A stretch of DNA of 47,568 bases, from positions 461,111 to 508,678 of the forward strand of contig BFEA01000027.1 of NCBI GenBank assembly GCA_003427395.1, written 5' to 3'. Origin of the DNA: Chara braunii (Eukaryota; Plantae; Charophyceae). Made by a program: the position numbers and the translations under genes. Shown one piece after another: positions 1 to 11,930 of this stretch; the stretch's first letter is position 1; every line of letters begins with the position of its first letter. The notes beneath the pieces were generated by a model. It was not told where the DNA came from. It made no database searches and saw only the letters and a program-made list of their open reading frames with translations.

Positions 1-444
1 AGCGTGCAAGTGGGCTGTTATGGCATACGGGGATGGGGGCAGCTCGCGCTCAACTTCATCAACGTGGCGAGCCTTGCACGTGAGAGGCACAGTGGAGGTG
101 GAGTTCAAAGAAGAATGAGAAATTTAATGGTTTCAATCTGCCCTCGTTTTTTCTTTTTGTTTTTATTTTTGCATGTTATCACTGTGCCCGTTTTTTGCTT
201 TTATTCTTTGTTCCGCAAAGTGCGCTCTTTTAGTTTGTAGTGATGTGACAATATATATATATCGTCAATATATATATATATGTATTTTTATTTTTTTTTG
301 GGATTCAGTGCAAAAATGTTTCGCTCGTTGATGACAATTTTGTTGTCAGTCCAGAGTTCAGTAATGCATCACGCATATGATCATTTTTTTCAATTTTTTG
401 TGTTTTTGTGTTTATTCCTCAAAGCCGAAGCATGATAGTCCAAT

Positions 445-835
445 CATAGGGGCAAACCCAGATGCTATCCATCTGCCAGAGGCAGAGGTCTGATTAGCTG
501 GGCCTTGAGAGAGGCATTGTGAATAGGAGGAAGGAGAAAAGGAAGAGAGGCGATCCTCCTGCTTAGCGAAGACCTTGGTGTGCAAATGGCAGGAAGGTGG
601 GGATGTGTCCAGTCTGGCTGGCTTTCAGTGCGACAAATGTGTTCATAGGGGCAAACCCAGATACTATCCATCTGCCAGAGGCAGAGGTCTGATTAGCTGG
701 ACCTTGTGAGTGGCATTGTGAATTAGGAGGGGGAGAAGATCAGGAAGAGAGGCGATCCTGCCTCGGTGTGCGAATGGCAGGCAGGTGGGGATATGCCCAG
801 TCTGCCTGGCTTTCAGTGCAACAAATGTCTCTCAC
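445..835. repeat. Tandem duplication, ~200-bp unit x2 (intronic)
   Basis: CATAGGGGCAAACCCAGAT-CTATCCATCTGCCAGAGGCAGAGGTCTGATTAGCTGG...CTGGCTTTCAGTGC-ACAAATGT occurs at ~445-640 and again at ~645-830. Confidence 0.9.
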
Positions 836-906
836 ACTGATGACGAGTTCCCCGGCAATCGGCGCTCGTCTGCTGTTGTTGTGATATGGTGGATGGTCTT
901 GCACAG

Positions 907-1056
907 GTCGCATCGGAGCGGGCATTGGCTGCAGGGCCTGAAGATGGCGGCATGGGCATGCCGTACGAGCTCCTGTATGGGCGCGCAGGTTTTTTGTGGT
1001 CTGCTCTCTACATCAACAGGCACTGTGGTGACGGAACCATCCCTCTGTCAACAACG
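907..1056 (+). CDS. LANCL: LanC-like protein (GCR2/GCL family), internal exon; upstream exons lie outside the window
   Basis: cag|GTC...ACG|gtaaat. Encodes VASERALAAGPEDGGMGMPYELLYGRAGFLWSALYINRHCGDGTIPLSTT, with the LanCL ELLYGRAG motif. Ends in phase 0 and joins 8360. Confidence 0.9.
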
Positions 1057-1313
1057 GTAAATTTTCACTTGGAAGTTGGAAGGTTGAACTTTTTGAAGTT
1101 TGACAACATGTGTTTGAACTTTTTGACTGTAGAAGTGAAATGGCATTTATTCGAAGGGTGATCTTTTTTGAAGTCTGAACTTTTTGACCTACTTCAACAG
1201 GCACTGTGGGCCTCTGTGTACAGCGGTGCGGTAAATTTTAACTTGGAAGGGTGAAAATTTTGAAGTTTGACCTTTTTTGACAGTAGAAATGAGATGGCTA
1301 ATCGTGGCATTAA

Positions 1314-2294
1314 ACCACCAGTACTTGGTCCAGCTATTGAAGCCGAGCCTGAATATGCCCTGCGCGCCGATTTTTGCCGAGCCTGCAGTGAATGGGGAAA
1401 AATACGGGACATTTGTTGCTTCAAGCAGGTGCCGCCCCTTATGCTGGACCTGCTGCCAGCAGATGGAACGTAAACAGGCCGTCGTTTTCTTGTTTCCACT
1501 CAGGTGGCACCCGAAACCTCGCCAGGAATGCAGCCAGTGCGAAAGATCTTCTTCAAAAAAAAAACAAAAAAAAACGGGTGAAAAGTGAAACCAAGCTATG
1601 CACTCACATGACGCGTTTTACATCTAGATACATTTGGGAGAGTGTGAATGTTACACTGCCAGGCACTCAATGCTCCCCGTGTCCAACGGGGAGTCAGATC
1701 ACGAAGTGCCAACGATCTTCTTCAGACAAAGCAAAAAAAAAAAAAAGGTGAAAAGGGAAACCAAGCTATGCACTCACGTGCCGCGTTCTACATCCAGATA
1801 CATTTGGGAGAGTGTGAACGTTACACTGCCAGGCATTCAATGCTCCCCGTGTCCAACGGGGAGTCAGATCACGAAGTGCCAATGATCTTCTTCAGAAAAA
1901 GCAAAAAAAAAGAAAAGGTGAAAAGGGAAACCAAGCTATGCACTCACGTGTCGCGTTTTACGTCCAGATACATTTGGGAGAGTGGACGTTACACTGCCTA
2001 GCATTCAATGCTCCCCGTGTCGAACGGGGAGTCTGACTACGAGGTGTCAACAATCTGTTTCGGTTTTTTTTTTTCCCTTTTCGTTTCTGTTTTTCCCCTC
2101 GTTGATTTCAGTCACTGTGTCTGTGTGTTTCCACATAGCACACCACCAGGACATTGTGCAGTCCTTTTGCCCAGTTTCCATGGGGCCACCAGCTCCCTCC
2201 CCCATTGCCATGCCAAGCCTTTGCCGAAGCGCGGGAAACGCGTAGCGTTAATGCTAAGGGCCCGCGGCCGATGTATGGGCCAAGTACTGGTGGA
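1314..2294. mobile_element. Non-autonomous TIR element (ACCACCAGTAC family), TTAA-flanked
   Basis: ttaa|ACCACCAGTACTTGG...CCAAGTACTGGTGGA|ttaa; contains internal ~180-bp tandem repeats. Confidence 0.7.
1540..2050. repeat. ~180-bp tandem repeat x3 inside the TIR element
   Basis: GAAACCAAGCTATGCACTCAC...AGATACATTTGGGAGAGTG...CAATGCTCCCCGTGTC occurs three times. Confidence 0.9.
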
Positions 2295-2354
2295 TTAACT
2301 TCGAAGGTTGAACTTTTTTGACGGTAGAAATGAGATGGCAAATCATGGCATTAA

Positions 2355-2515
2355 ACCACCAGTACTTGGCCCAGCTATCGGCCGTGGAAAAAAATAGAGT
2401 AGAAACGTTTCTAGTTGGATGAATTTGGACGCTCCTGTAGTGGCCCGTACGTTTCTTAAAATCTCGTAGCGTTAACGCCAACTTAACAGCCACGACTTTA
2501 GGAAGTAGTGGTGGT
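2355..2515. mobile_element. Short, internally deleted copy of the ACCACCAGTAC TIR element
   Basis: ttaa|ACCACCAGTACTTGGCCCAGCTATCGG...AAGTAGTGGTGGT|tcaa, in the same flanking context as the 1314 copy. Confidence 0.6.
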
Positions 2516-2902
2516 TCAACTTCGAAGGTTGAACTTTTTTGACCTACTCCAACAGGCACTGTGGGCCTCTGTCTACAACGGTAAATTTTTTAACTTGGAA
2601 GGGTGAAGTTTTCAAAGATTGTAGTTTTTTACGGTAGAAGTGAAATGGCATTAAAGTGCCCTTTTTTTTTGTGTGGCGACCTTCTGATTTGCAATAATGA
2701 CCTGCTTCATTTGTTGGGGACAGCAACCAACATGTTAGACCCTGAAACCGAAGGGTTAAAAAAGACGAGGAAAAATAATTAAAAAAAGAACTTAAAAAAA
2801 AAAAAAAAAAAAAAAGATCGTTTTTTATTTTTTCCCCAACAAATTTTGCTATGTTGGCGAGATCGTGTGAGGCTCTCTGAGCCGCCACTACCTTTCTCAT
2901 AT

Positions 2903-3822
2903 NNNNNNNNNNNNNNNNNNNNNNNNNNNNNNNNNNNNNNNNNNNNNNNNNNNNNNNNNNNNNNNNNNNNNNNNNNNNNNNNNNNNNNNNNNNNNNNNNN
3001 NNNNNNNNNNNNNNNNNNNNNNNNNNNNNNNNNNNNNNNNNNNNNNNNNNNNNNNNNNNNNNNNNNNNNNNNNNNNNNNNNNNNNNNNNNNNNNNNNNNN
3101 NNNNNNNNNNNNNNNNNNNNNNNNNNNNNNNNNNNNNNNNNNNNNNNNNNNNNNNNNNNNNNNNNNNNNNNNNNNNNNNNNNNNNNNNNNNNNNNNNNNN
3201 NNNNNNNNNNNNNNNNNNNNNNNNNNNNNNNNNNNNNNNNNNNNNNNNNNNNNNNNNNNNNNNNNNNNNNNNNNNNNNNNNNNNNNNNNNNNNNNNNNNN
3301 NNNNNNNNNNNNNNNNNNNNNNNNNNNNNNNNNNNNNNNNNNNNNNNNNNNNNNNNNNNNNNNNNNNNNNNNNNNNNNNNNNNNNNNNNNNNNNNNNNNN
3401 NNNNNNNNNNNNNNNNNNNNNNNNNNNNNNNNNNNNNNNNNNNNNNNNNNNNNNNNNNNNNNNNNNNNNNNNNNNNNNNNNNNNNNNNNNNNNNNNNNNN
3501 NNNNNNNNNNNNNNNNNNNNNNNNNNNNNNNNNNNNNNNNNNNNNNNNNNNNNNNNNNNNNNNNNNNNNNNNNNNNNNNNNNNNNNNNNNNNNNNNNNNN
3601 NNNNNNNNNNNNNNNNNNNNNNNNNNNNNNNNNNNNNNNNNNNNNNNNNNNNNNNNNNNNNNNNNNNNNNNNNNNNNNNNNNNNNNNNNNNNNNNNNNNN
3701 NNNNNNNNNNNNNNNNNNNNNNNNNNNNNNNNNNNNNNNNNNNNNNNNNNNNNNNNNNNNNNNNNNNNNNNNNNNNNNNNNNNNNNNNNNNNNNNNNNNN
3801 NNNNNNNNNNNNNNNNNNNNNN
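2903..3822. other. Assembly gap (N run)
   Basis: Run of Ns followed by (CT)n. Confidence 1.

Positions 3823-3897
<75 letters not shown>
3823..3897. repeat. (CT)n microsatellite
   Basis: Pure CT run. Confidence 0.95.
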
Positions 3898-3906
<9 letters not shown>

Positions 3907-4599
3907 GAGATACTGACCGATGAAAGATGAAGACTTGAAGCCCGGCTATGGCCGTATCCAGTCCCAAGCTATGGCGCCCAGGTGATTTGTCTACTGCTCT
4001 ATGCCATTGCAGACCGTACCCTCTCTCCAGTCCCTCCTACTATATCACCTAATGCAAAACTAGCTCTGCTAGCACTAACACAGTGCCCCTCCCTCTCTAG
4101 CAGCCTGTCGCGGAAGTGAAAGCACTAACACTGTGCGCTGAACCCATGGCTGGGCCCAGCTGTATACCACTGGGCCTCTCCCTGTGTCGATTGGTAGTCC
4201 ACGCACCCCTCTGACCAGATCCGATCCGACAAACCAGGAGGATGGACGAGATCATGGTCCAGCGGACCAGGCCAATGAAATATCATGGTCCAGCGGTTTC
4301 AATCGGACGTCCTGGCCCATGTTTTGGCCATTTTTTTTCGATTCATTCTGGACCAGCAGCTACTGCATCAGCTGATGGTCCAGAATGAATCGAAAAAACA
4401 TGTGTACCAAAACATGGTCCAGTGGACGATCCGGCCTGGGTTCCAATTAGCTGCTGGTCCAGAATGAATCGAAAAAACATGTGTACCAAAACATGTGAAC
4501 CAGTGCACGACTGGTCCAAACAGGAGGCGTTGCTTAACGGGCAATGTGGTTCAGACCAGACAAAAGCAGAGGAACAGATGAAGATCTGTGGACTACCTA

Positions 4600-4704
4600 C
4601 CGTCTTCACCCGAATAGAACACCCAGTCATTATCGCTGCATCTGGACGGAAAGTTGTGCCAAATACAGCTATAATGACCGGGCGTTCTATTCGGGTGAAG
4701 ACAG
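4600..4704. mobile_element. 105-bp palindromic MITE, Tc1/mariner-pogo type (copy 1)
   Basis: ta|CCGTCTTCACCCGAATAGAAC...GTTCTATTCGGGTGAAGACAG|tg; long TIRs. Confidence 0.85.
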
Positions 4705-5267
4705 TGGAAAACAATAACAGAAGTGACAACCGAAAAAAAGGAAGGAAAACAGCAATGAGTCAGTCAGCTGATAATAGTACTCAAGACTGCTGAAAATGAA
4801 AAGGAATCCAGATACAGACCATGGTTTGTTTGTTTGTTTGTTTCTTTCTTTTTCTTTTTCTTTGTTCGTTTGTTCTTCATCCACGAGCCAGGTACAGACC
4901 TGTGTTTGAAAGTGGTTTCTTTCAAACCCCCCCCAAAAAAAGGAAGCCAGGCACAGACCTGTGTTTGAATCTGACTGGAGCTAGATGGATGAAAATTCTT
5001 GAATTAACTGGGCATGGTCAGTTGGACGATAATATCTCAATGCCAGCGCCCGAGTCCATGTGTAGAGAAAGAACCATGGCCGTAATAGGGCCGCCCAAAT
5101 GTGGGTTGCCGGGTCCTCCTCAACCAAGATCAGCCCATGTGGAGGCCCATGCATGCCGCACCCTGTCTGAGATCAACACGTGCAACATTTATAAGACTAG
5201 GTGTGTGCAATGTATCCAGAATAACATTTAACTTTGATTAACACTATTCCTTCGAACATTGGGGGGG

Positions 5268-5334
5268 GAGAGAGAGAGAGAGAGAGAGAGAGAAAGAACT
5301 GTGTGTCTGTGTGTGTGAGAGAGAGAGAGAGAAT

Positions 5335-5367
<33 letters not shown>

Positions 5368-5528
5368 ATTGTGTGTGTGCGTGTGAGAGAGAGAGAGAGA
5401 ACTGTGTGTGTGCGTGTGAGTGAGAGAGAGAGAGAACTCTGTGTGTGCGTGTGTGTGTGTGTGAGAGAGAGAGAGAAGTGTGTGTGTGTGTGTGTGTGTG
5501 TGAGTGAGTGAGAGAGAGAGAGAGAGAG
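5268..5528. repeat. Compound (GA)n/(GT)n microsatellite
   Basis: Alternating GA and GT runs. Confidence 0.95.
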
Positions 5529-6111
5529 TCAAATCTACGCAGACGGCGGCCCCCCCGCTTCCCCCCAACATTCCCCCTCCCTCTTCTCATTTTTTTTCTC
5601 TCTCCTTCATTTTTTTGCAAGCGAAGCGCAACAGGTACCCTTGTGATTGATTAACTTGTCACTTTTGGTTTTCTTCCCCTTTTTGTCTTTGAAAATGCGA
5701 TTGTCTTTTTTTTTTTCGAAGTGCAGAGTGCAGTAGTGCATGTACAGTAGAGCATTGCTCGATGTGTCAAAGCTGTCATTGACGCTTGCACCAGATACAC
5801 CTTGGATGGAGGTACCATCAGCGTATAGCCAGATTTTCATCTTATTTTGTCTTTTGTTTGATGCTGTGTGGATTAGGTATGTAGTTAGGTTCATCCCTGC
5901 CATTCCCAGCTGGAGATCATTCTGTTCCGCCTAGGTCATCCATGACATCTCCTTCCTTGGCCTCTTGGAATTCACCTCTGAATGGTGAGTTGAGTGGTGT
6001 TGGATCCTAGCTGCCCAAGCACTGGTGGCAGCAGGGTGGTGGTCCAGGCACCGGGCGTGTACTTAGTCTCTCGTTACGCAGTCGTCAAGCTCACAGAATG
6101 TATATCAGATC

Positions 6112-6220
6112 GTTGTCCTTCGGGACATCCGTGAACATTGGAACGATACAGAGAAAGAACATTAGCATGGCCCCTGCGCTTTCAAGGATGACACCCACAA
6201 ATCCAGAAATGGTCCATATT
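6112..6220 (+). pseudogene. U6: U6 snRNA pseudogene or variant inside the LANCL intron
   Basis: GTTGTCCTTCGGGACATCCGTGAACATTGGAACGATACAGAGAAAGAACATTAGCATGGCCCCTGCGCTTTCAAGGATGACACCCACAAATCCAGAAATGGTCC matches plant U6 (5' hairpin, ACAGAGA box, AGC triad). It has two 4-nt insertions and no oligo-T terminator. Confidence 0.9.
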
Positions 6221-6404
6221 GCCAAATTTATTATTAAAAAATATATTATATTATATAATATATAATATTTATGTATATCAGTATCCTCAGATCCGAGAGA
6301 TAGATTATCTTTTCTGCCAAAGCACTGGTGGCAGTGTGGGCAGGAGGGACGTTGGACCATAGCTGCCAGACCACTACAGGTAGTGGCAGTGCGGCCACGA
6401 GTGT

Positions 6405-6602
6405 AGTGTTACTAGTTAGTTACTGTCTCATCACTGTTTACCCTCAGTCAATGTGTTACTAGTTAGTTACTGTCTCGTCACTCTGTGTTTACCCTCAGTC
6501 AATGTGTTACTAGTTAGTTACTGTCTCATCACTCTGTGTTTACCCTCAGTCAATGTGTTAGTAGTTAGTTACTGTTTCATCACTCTGTGTTTACCCTCAG
6601 CA
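6405..6602. repeat. ~51-bp minisatellite x4
   Basis: TGTTACTAGTTAGTTACTGTCTCATCACTCTGTGTTTACCCTCAGTCAATG repeated. Confidence 0.9.
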
Positions 6603-6898
6603 AATGTGGTTAAGCTCATCACTTGCTGGTTAAGCTCATCGCTTGGTATGTTTACCCTCAGTCGGCGTGATGAGTGAGTGAATGTAGTCAGTTTCTCATC
6701 ACTGTGAGCTTAGCGACCGACTTGTGTGGCCAGATCACGCACAAGTCGGTGGTTAAGCGAGAGGAGGAAGGATGGTCGGGTCTGTCAGCACTGGAGTGTT
6801 CCGGCCCCGAGAATATTCTAGTTGGTTAGAACAGGCAGGGTGTCAGTGAAGCGGCAGGTTCTAGTTGGTGTGATCGTTTTTTTTTTTTTTTTTTTTTT

Positions 6899-7403
6899 NN
6901 NNNNNNNNNNNNNNNNNNNNNNNNNNNNNNNNNNNNNNNNNNNNNNNNNNNNNNNNNNNNNNNNNNNNNNNNNNNNNNNNNNNNNNNNNNNNNNNNNNNN
7001 NNNNNNNNNNNNNNNNNNNNNNNNNNNNNNNNNNNNNNNNNNNNNNNNNNNNNNNNNNNNNNNNNNNNNNNNNNNNNNNNNNNNNNNNNNNNNNNNNNNN
7101 NNNNNNNNNNNNNNNNNNNNNNNNNNNNNNNNNNNNNNNNNNNNNNNNNNNNNNNNNNNNNNNNNNNNNNNNNNNNNNNNNNNNNNNNNNNNNNNNNNNN
7201 NNNNNNNNNNNNNNNNNNNNNNNNNNNNNNNNNNNNNNNNNNNNNNNNNNNNNNNNNNNNNNNNNNNNNNNNNNNNNNNNNNNNNNNNNNNNNNNNNNNN
7301 NNNNNNNNNNNNNNNNNNNNNNNNNNNNNNNNNNNNNNNNNNNNNNNNNNNNNNNNNNNNNNNNNNNNNNNNNNNNNNNNNNNNNNNNNNNNNNNNNNNN
7401 NNN
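6899..7403. other. Assembly gap (N run)
   Basis: Run of Ns. Confidence 1.
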
Positions 7404-8250
7404 AGAGAAACATAGAGCCCGAGGCGCCGATAAAATACGGAGTGAGCCCAGTGCGGCCAATGCCCGCCGTCATGTTGGATGGTGGGGGCAGTCAGCCTCT
7501 TCCAGAGGTGCGAGAGCCTTGATGCAAACACTGCCAAACAGTGATAAATTGTTAGCGACTAGGGGGACCTATCGGGACCCAAGAGGAGTTTGATTCTGGG
7601 ATCAGCCAAAGTAGGGAAGAGGGAGGCAGGGGTGCAATTCTGGAAACAGTGAAAAGATAACTTGAAATAATTGAAAAGAGAGGGCCCGAAGCGGGCACTT
7701 CCCTCCCAGCTACTGCCTCCGCAGGATAGGACTCCCTCCCTCACCGACAACCAACGTCCGCCCTCTCTGTAATGGGGCTTCACCGCACAACCCCCGAAGT
7801 CACCCCCTTGCCCACAAAGGACAAAAACCACCACCCTCTCCTTAAACCGGCCCCACCGAAAGGAGGCCCCCTTCTCCTCATCAGCCCCAGTTCAGGACAG
7901 GCCCCCTAACAGTCACCCCTGCTCCCTCATGGGTGTACAGTGCCCACTTAAAGTCCACTCCCGCAGAACCGTAGTTCCCCTGTTCCTTACATCCCATCCT
8001 CTCCAACTGAGACAGCCCACCGAACACCACTCCCCGCTCAGGAAAAGCAGTGCCCCTTGTCTCTATCTGCCCCGGCCAGGGCTGATTCCCCATTCCGAAA
8101 ACCAACCCCCATACAGCCCCAGAAAGCTGCAAACCCTGCCCTCATATCTGCCCCCCCTACCCTCTCAACAACCACAACTCCCTCCTTGTGCTGTCCTTGC
8201 AGAATAGGACTACCCATCCTCCAGGCCACAGGCTTGCCCCTGAAGGCGAT
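7404..8250 (-). mobile_element. Possible degenerate LINE ORF2 3' remnant
   Basis: Broken, Trp-containing minus-strand frames (e.g. LSHLWKRLTAPTIQHDGGHWPHW) resemble L1 C-termini; strong G skew on -. Weak evidence. Confidence 0.3.
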
Positions 8251-8359
8251 GCTATGCTCCAGGTCGACTTCGTGATGATTCGAATCGTTTCAGATTTCTT
8301 AAATACGTGTGCATTGTATGTTGTTTGTGTTTGTTGTTGGTGCTGGAATGGCGAAGCAG

Positions 8360-8883
8360 GGGGCTGTGATCGAAGCAATCATCTCAGGAGGCCGTGCCGG
8401 GGCAGCAAACACCGGATGGCCTTTGATGTACCAGTGGCATGGCACAAGGTACTGGGGCGCTGCCCACGGTCTGGCAGGCATCATGCAAGTCTTGATGCAC
8501 TTTCCCTTGAGCCCCTCCGCAGAGGAGGATGTGAAAGCGACTCTTCGACTGATGATACGGAACCGATTCCCGAGTGGAAACTACCCCTCCAGTGAAGGAA
8601 AATCGCGAGATCTCTTGGTTCATTGGTGCCACGGAGCACCAGGCGTTGCTGTCACAATGGTGACCGCGGCGTCCAAGTACGGGCCTCAGGGAGAAGGGGC
8701 AGAGTTTCTGCAGGCGGCAGTCGAAGCAGCGGATGTGGTCTGGGAAAGAGGGCTCCTCAGGAGAGCTGGCCTCTGCCATGGTGTCAGTGGAAATGCGTAC
8801 GTCTTCCTCTCGCTTTTCAGAGCAACAGGAGAGAAGCGCCACTTGCATCGGGCCCAAGCATTCGCCACATTTCTACGTGACAG
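8360..8883 (+). CDS. LANCL: LanC-like protein (GCR2/GCL family), penultimate exon
   Basis: cag|GGG...GAC AG|gtgagg. Encodes GAVIEAIISGGR...YWGAAHGLAG...VHWCHGAPG...GLCHGVSGNAY...FLRD, with the LanC catalytic His and Zn ligands (WCHG, CHG). Confidence 0.95.
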
Positions 8884-9179
8884 GTGAGGCAACAACTGTA
8901 CGCTGATCTCTCGCAGCCGTGTTTTTTTTTTGTGCCTGCCGAGCCTGTCGTTTGAGAAGTGCATTGGATTCGGTCTTCTTGTAGCTATAAGATTCATACA
9001 TAAGAGCGTGCAACTGAAAAAAAAAAGGGCCTCACCGCGCCGCTCACCAAATGCACAAAAGACAAAAAATTATGGTGGTGCGTCTTTCCATGTTCTAGCT
9101 GAAAATTCATTCTCATTTTGCACAATTGGTGCGCGCGGTGCGGTGAGGCCATAAAAAATATCAGGATAAGAACCGCCTA

Positions 9180-9284
9180 CAGTCTTCCCCCGAATACAAC
9201 GTACGGTCATTATACCTGAATTGAGACTGAAAGATTCTCCAAATTCAGCTATAATGACCGTACGTTGTATTCGGGGGAAGACTG
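9180..9284. mobile_element. 105-bp MITE (copy 2)
   Basis: ta|CAGTCTTCCCCCGAATACAACGTACGGTCATTATA...TATAATGACCGTACGTTGTATTCGGGGGAAGACTG|ta; near-perfect TIRs and TA TSD. Confidence 0.92.
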
Positions 9285-9496
9285 TACCCCTGCTGCCTAT
9301 AACCACTGTTCAGTCCAAGTCATCCTCTAGGGGAGGGGTGATAGTCCTGAGTGATTGACAATTTGACACTGAAGTAGGATAGTGGGAATGGGGGTACACT
9401 AGGAGGAATGTGATGAGGTTGGGTAGGGCGGTGGCCCGGTGGTTCCACGAACGAGTGTCAGGACAACCACTGGCCGACTGAATCGAAATAGTACCA

Positions 9497-9604
9497 GCTT
9501 CTTCGCCCGAATACAACGTACAGTCATTACAATAGCTGTATTGGGGGTATATTTCAGTCTAAATACAGCTATAATGACCGTACGTTGTATTCGGGGGAAG
9601 AAGG
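9497..9604. mobile_element. 105-bp MITE (copy 3, with a 3-nt insertion)
   Basis: GCTTCTTCGCCCGAATACAACGTAC...GTACGTTGTATTCGGGGGAAGAAGG|ta. Confidence 0.85.
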
Positions 9605-10252
9605 TAGGAGGCAAACCCCCTGGGAAGCTGACCGGTTCCAGAGTGGCTGAGTGAACAAGTGGGAGCCTTGAAGACCTTGGGTGGGGCTAGGAATAGGCGA
9701 CGCGACATGAAATACCACTACCGGGTCCAACCTCCCCCGGTAGCCGGCCACGCTGAACCGTCCGCTTCAGCGTGGCCGGAATAGTACCAGGAAGGGTGGC
9801 CTCCTGGGAAGCTTTCCGGTTCCGGCGCTCCTACGAGGGCAACCACCGTGGGTCGGAATCTGGCCTCTACAACAACCTGGACTTTTTAAAAGAGGGGGGG
9901 GGGGGAAACAAAAAGGATGAAGAAAGCTTTTGAACTGGCCCATACATAGCTGGCACATGTGGCGGAATGTCACACACACGCACACAACTATTGGTAATGT
10001 GGTGGAGTGTCACACGCTCGCAACTATTGGGGTAAATAGTAAATACTAAATCGGTTATGTGTTCGAACTCGGATGGAATCAGATGAACCCAGTATTTTTT
10101 TACGGGTTATTGTGTACCCCGTTCTAATAAAAATAAGAAAAAAAGCATCGCCGTAGTACTCAAACGTCTGTAGAGTCCGCTTGTCTGCGATGCTTATCAA
10201 CGAATTACGGGCTTTGATAAGAATGGAACAGACTCAACAGAGCGTCAAATTA

Positions 10253-10458
10253 AGCGCACAGTTAATTAGTACCGCATACTGCACATGGGGGGGGGGATTG
10301 TCATTTCGTAGCAGTTAGCCAAGAATGGAACGCGCATGCTACGAAATTAATAACTAATTAGTAGTAATTAGTAATTAGTAATTAGTAATTACCAACTTTT
10401 AATTCAATCTTGTGTCCAGTGTCAAATTGCTATATGTGGTACTAATTAACTGTGCGCT
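10253..10458. mobile_element. MITE-like inverted-repeat element
   Basis: AGCGCACAGTTAATTAGTACCGCATA ... TATGTGGTACTAATTAACTGTGCGCT; no clear TSD. Confidence 0.5.
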
Positions 10459-11099
10459 CCCCACCAATGGAACAGAGCCATCCATCAGAAGGCCTCGATC
10501 ATATATTGGCTCTCCTACAGCAATGGGACCGAAGATCTTCATGGGATGTTTGTATATAAAATTTTAAAAAATAAATAACACTTCGATTGCTTTTATTTTT
10601 GGAGTCCCCCAAGGAGTCGATTGAGTAGGAGGACCATGGAGTTGTGAATTGCGTGCGTGATACGCGTATGGGAAAGTAGCTGAGTTCTTGACCCGCAAAC
10701 GCAGACTCAAGTTTTAAGGCCTTAATTTCCCTTAAACGCTAATCGCACTTGAGTCCGCACGATTATACGCGTTTTAAAACGCCCGCGTATACCACTTATA
10801 CCCACCCAGTTGTTTGTTGGAGTCTGATGGAGTCCACTGCAGTTTCCTGCAGTCCATTGGAGTCCAATGTGGTCCCATGCGGTCCACCGAAAGTCCCAGG
10901 GCAGGTTCCAACCTCAAAGAAATCCTTCTTTTTTTTTTTTTCTTTTTTTTTTTCTTTTTTTTTTGTTTTGTTTTGTTGGGCGGGGGGGGAAATAACATGC
11001 TCCAATCTATTCGTGGGGAGCTGCACCCATATGAAAATACACAAGTATTAAAGCACCGGGGCCATTACCTGGCTTTGGCTGAGAGAAATCGAACTGCAC

Positions 11100-11898
11100 C
11101 AGGGGTGAAGTCCCACCGCCCAAGTTGAATTTTCTCAATGCTGAGCGCGGAGCTTTCTATCACATATTGCATGGTGAGATGGAGCTCTGCCGTTGATGTT
11201 GATGTATTGCGAATCTAATGGTACGGAAATACTGGAGAACAACCTAATATTAGATTTGGTCATTTTGTAGATTTTTTTATTTGACGTGAAATCCGTTTTG
11301 TAGTATGCTTTGGCCCTTTCGGTTTGGGCGGGAAACCATTGTAAGTTGAGAAAACTACCCTGGCCCCCTACACCCCCCCTGGCGAGTAGATTTCTCAACT
11401 TATCTGCCTTTCTTTTCTTTTTTTGTTTGTTTTAGACATCATTGCATCCTGAAACGGAGGAACTCTGACAGCGGTGTTTGGCTCTCTGGCATAGAACTTG
11501 TTTCCTTCTCTGGGCAATGAATGCATTTGGCCATCCATGTCGTCCCTGTCCATTTTACAAATGGTGAGCTCCTGTCCCCTCACCAAGGGGAGCATCCCTT
11601 TTTCACGGACACGTTCACTCCGACTGTTCCAGACGTGTTTCATTTCTCCGAGTTACGTTATCAAAAATAAGGCGAAAACGCCGAAAAGCTGTTTCCCGAC
11701 CTCCTGCTCAGTCAATCCCCTGAACTCTCAGGGTAATCAATGCTGGCAGGAGCACACTGTCAAATATGTGAGCTGATCTGGGTATATGTAAGGGACGCTG
11801 GACCCGGTTTCCAGCAGGTGCTGCTCCCCACCAATAGATGGAGCCCCCCAGGTGCTACCGGTGTCTGCTGCTACCAGCACCGCTAGCACCGATGGGCT

Positions 11899-11930
<32 letters not shown>

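Noticed and set aside
1-240. Possible upstream LANCL exon at the window start
   Set aside because: No LanC motif in the frames examined and no convincing donor site.
2846-7537. Long ORFs in the ORF track (356, 239 and 215 aa; His/Thr- or Glu/Arg-rich)
   Set aside because: Artefacts of N gaps and dinucleotide microsatellites.
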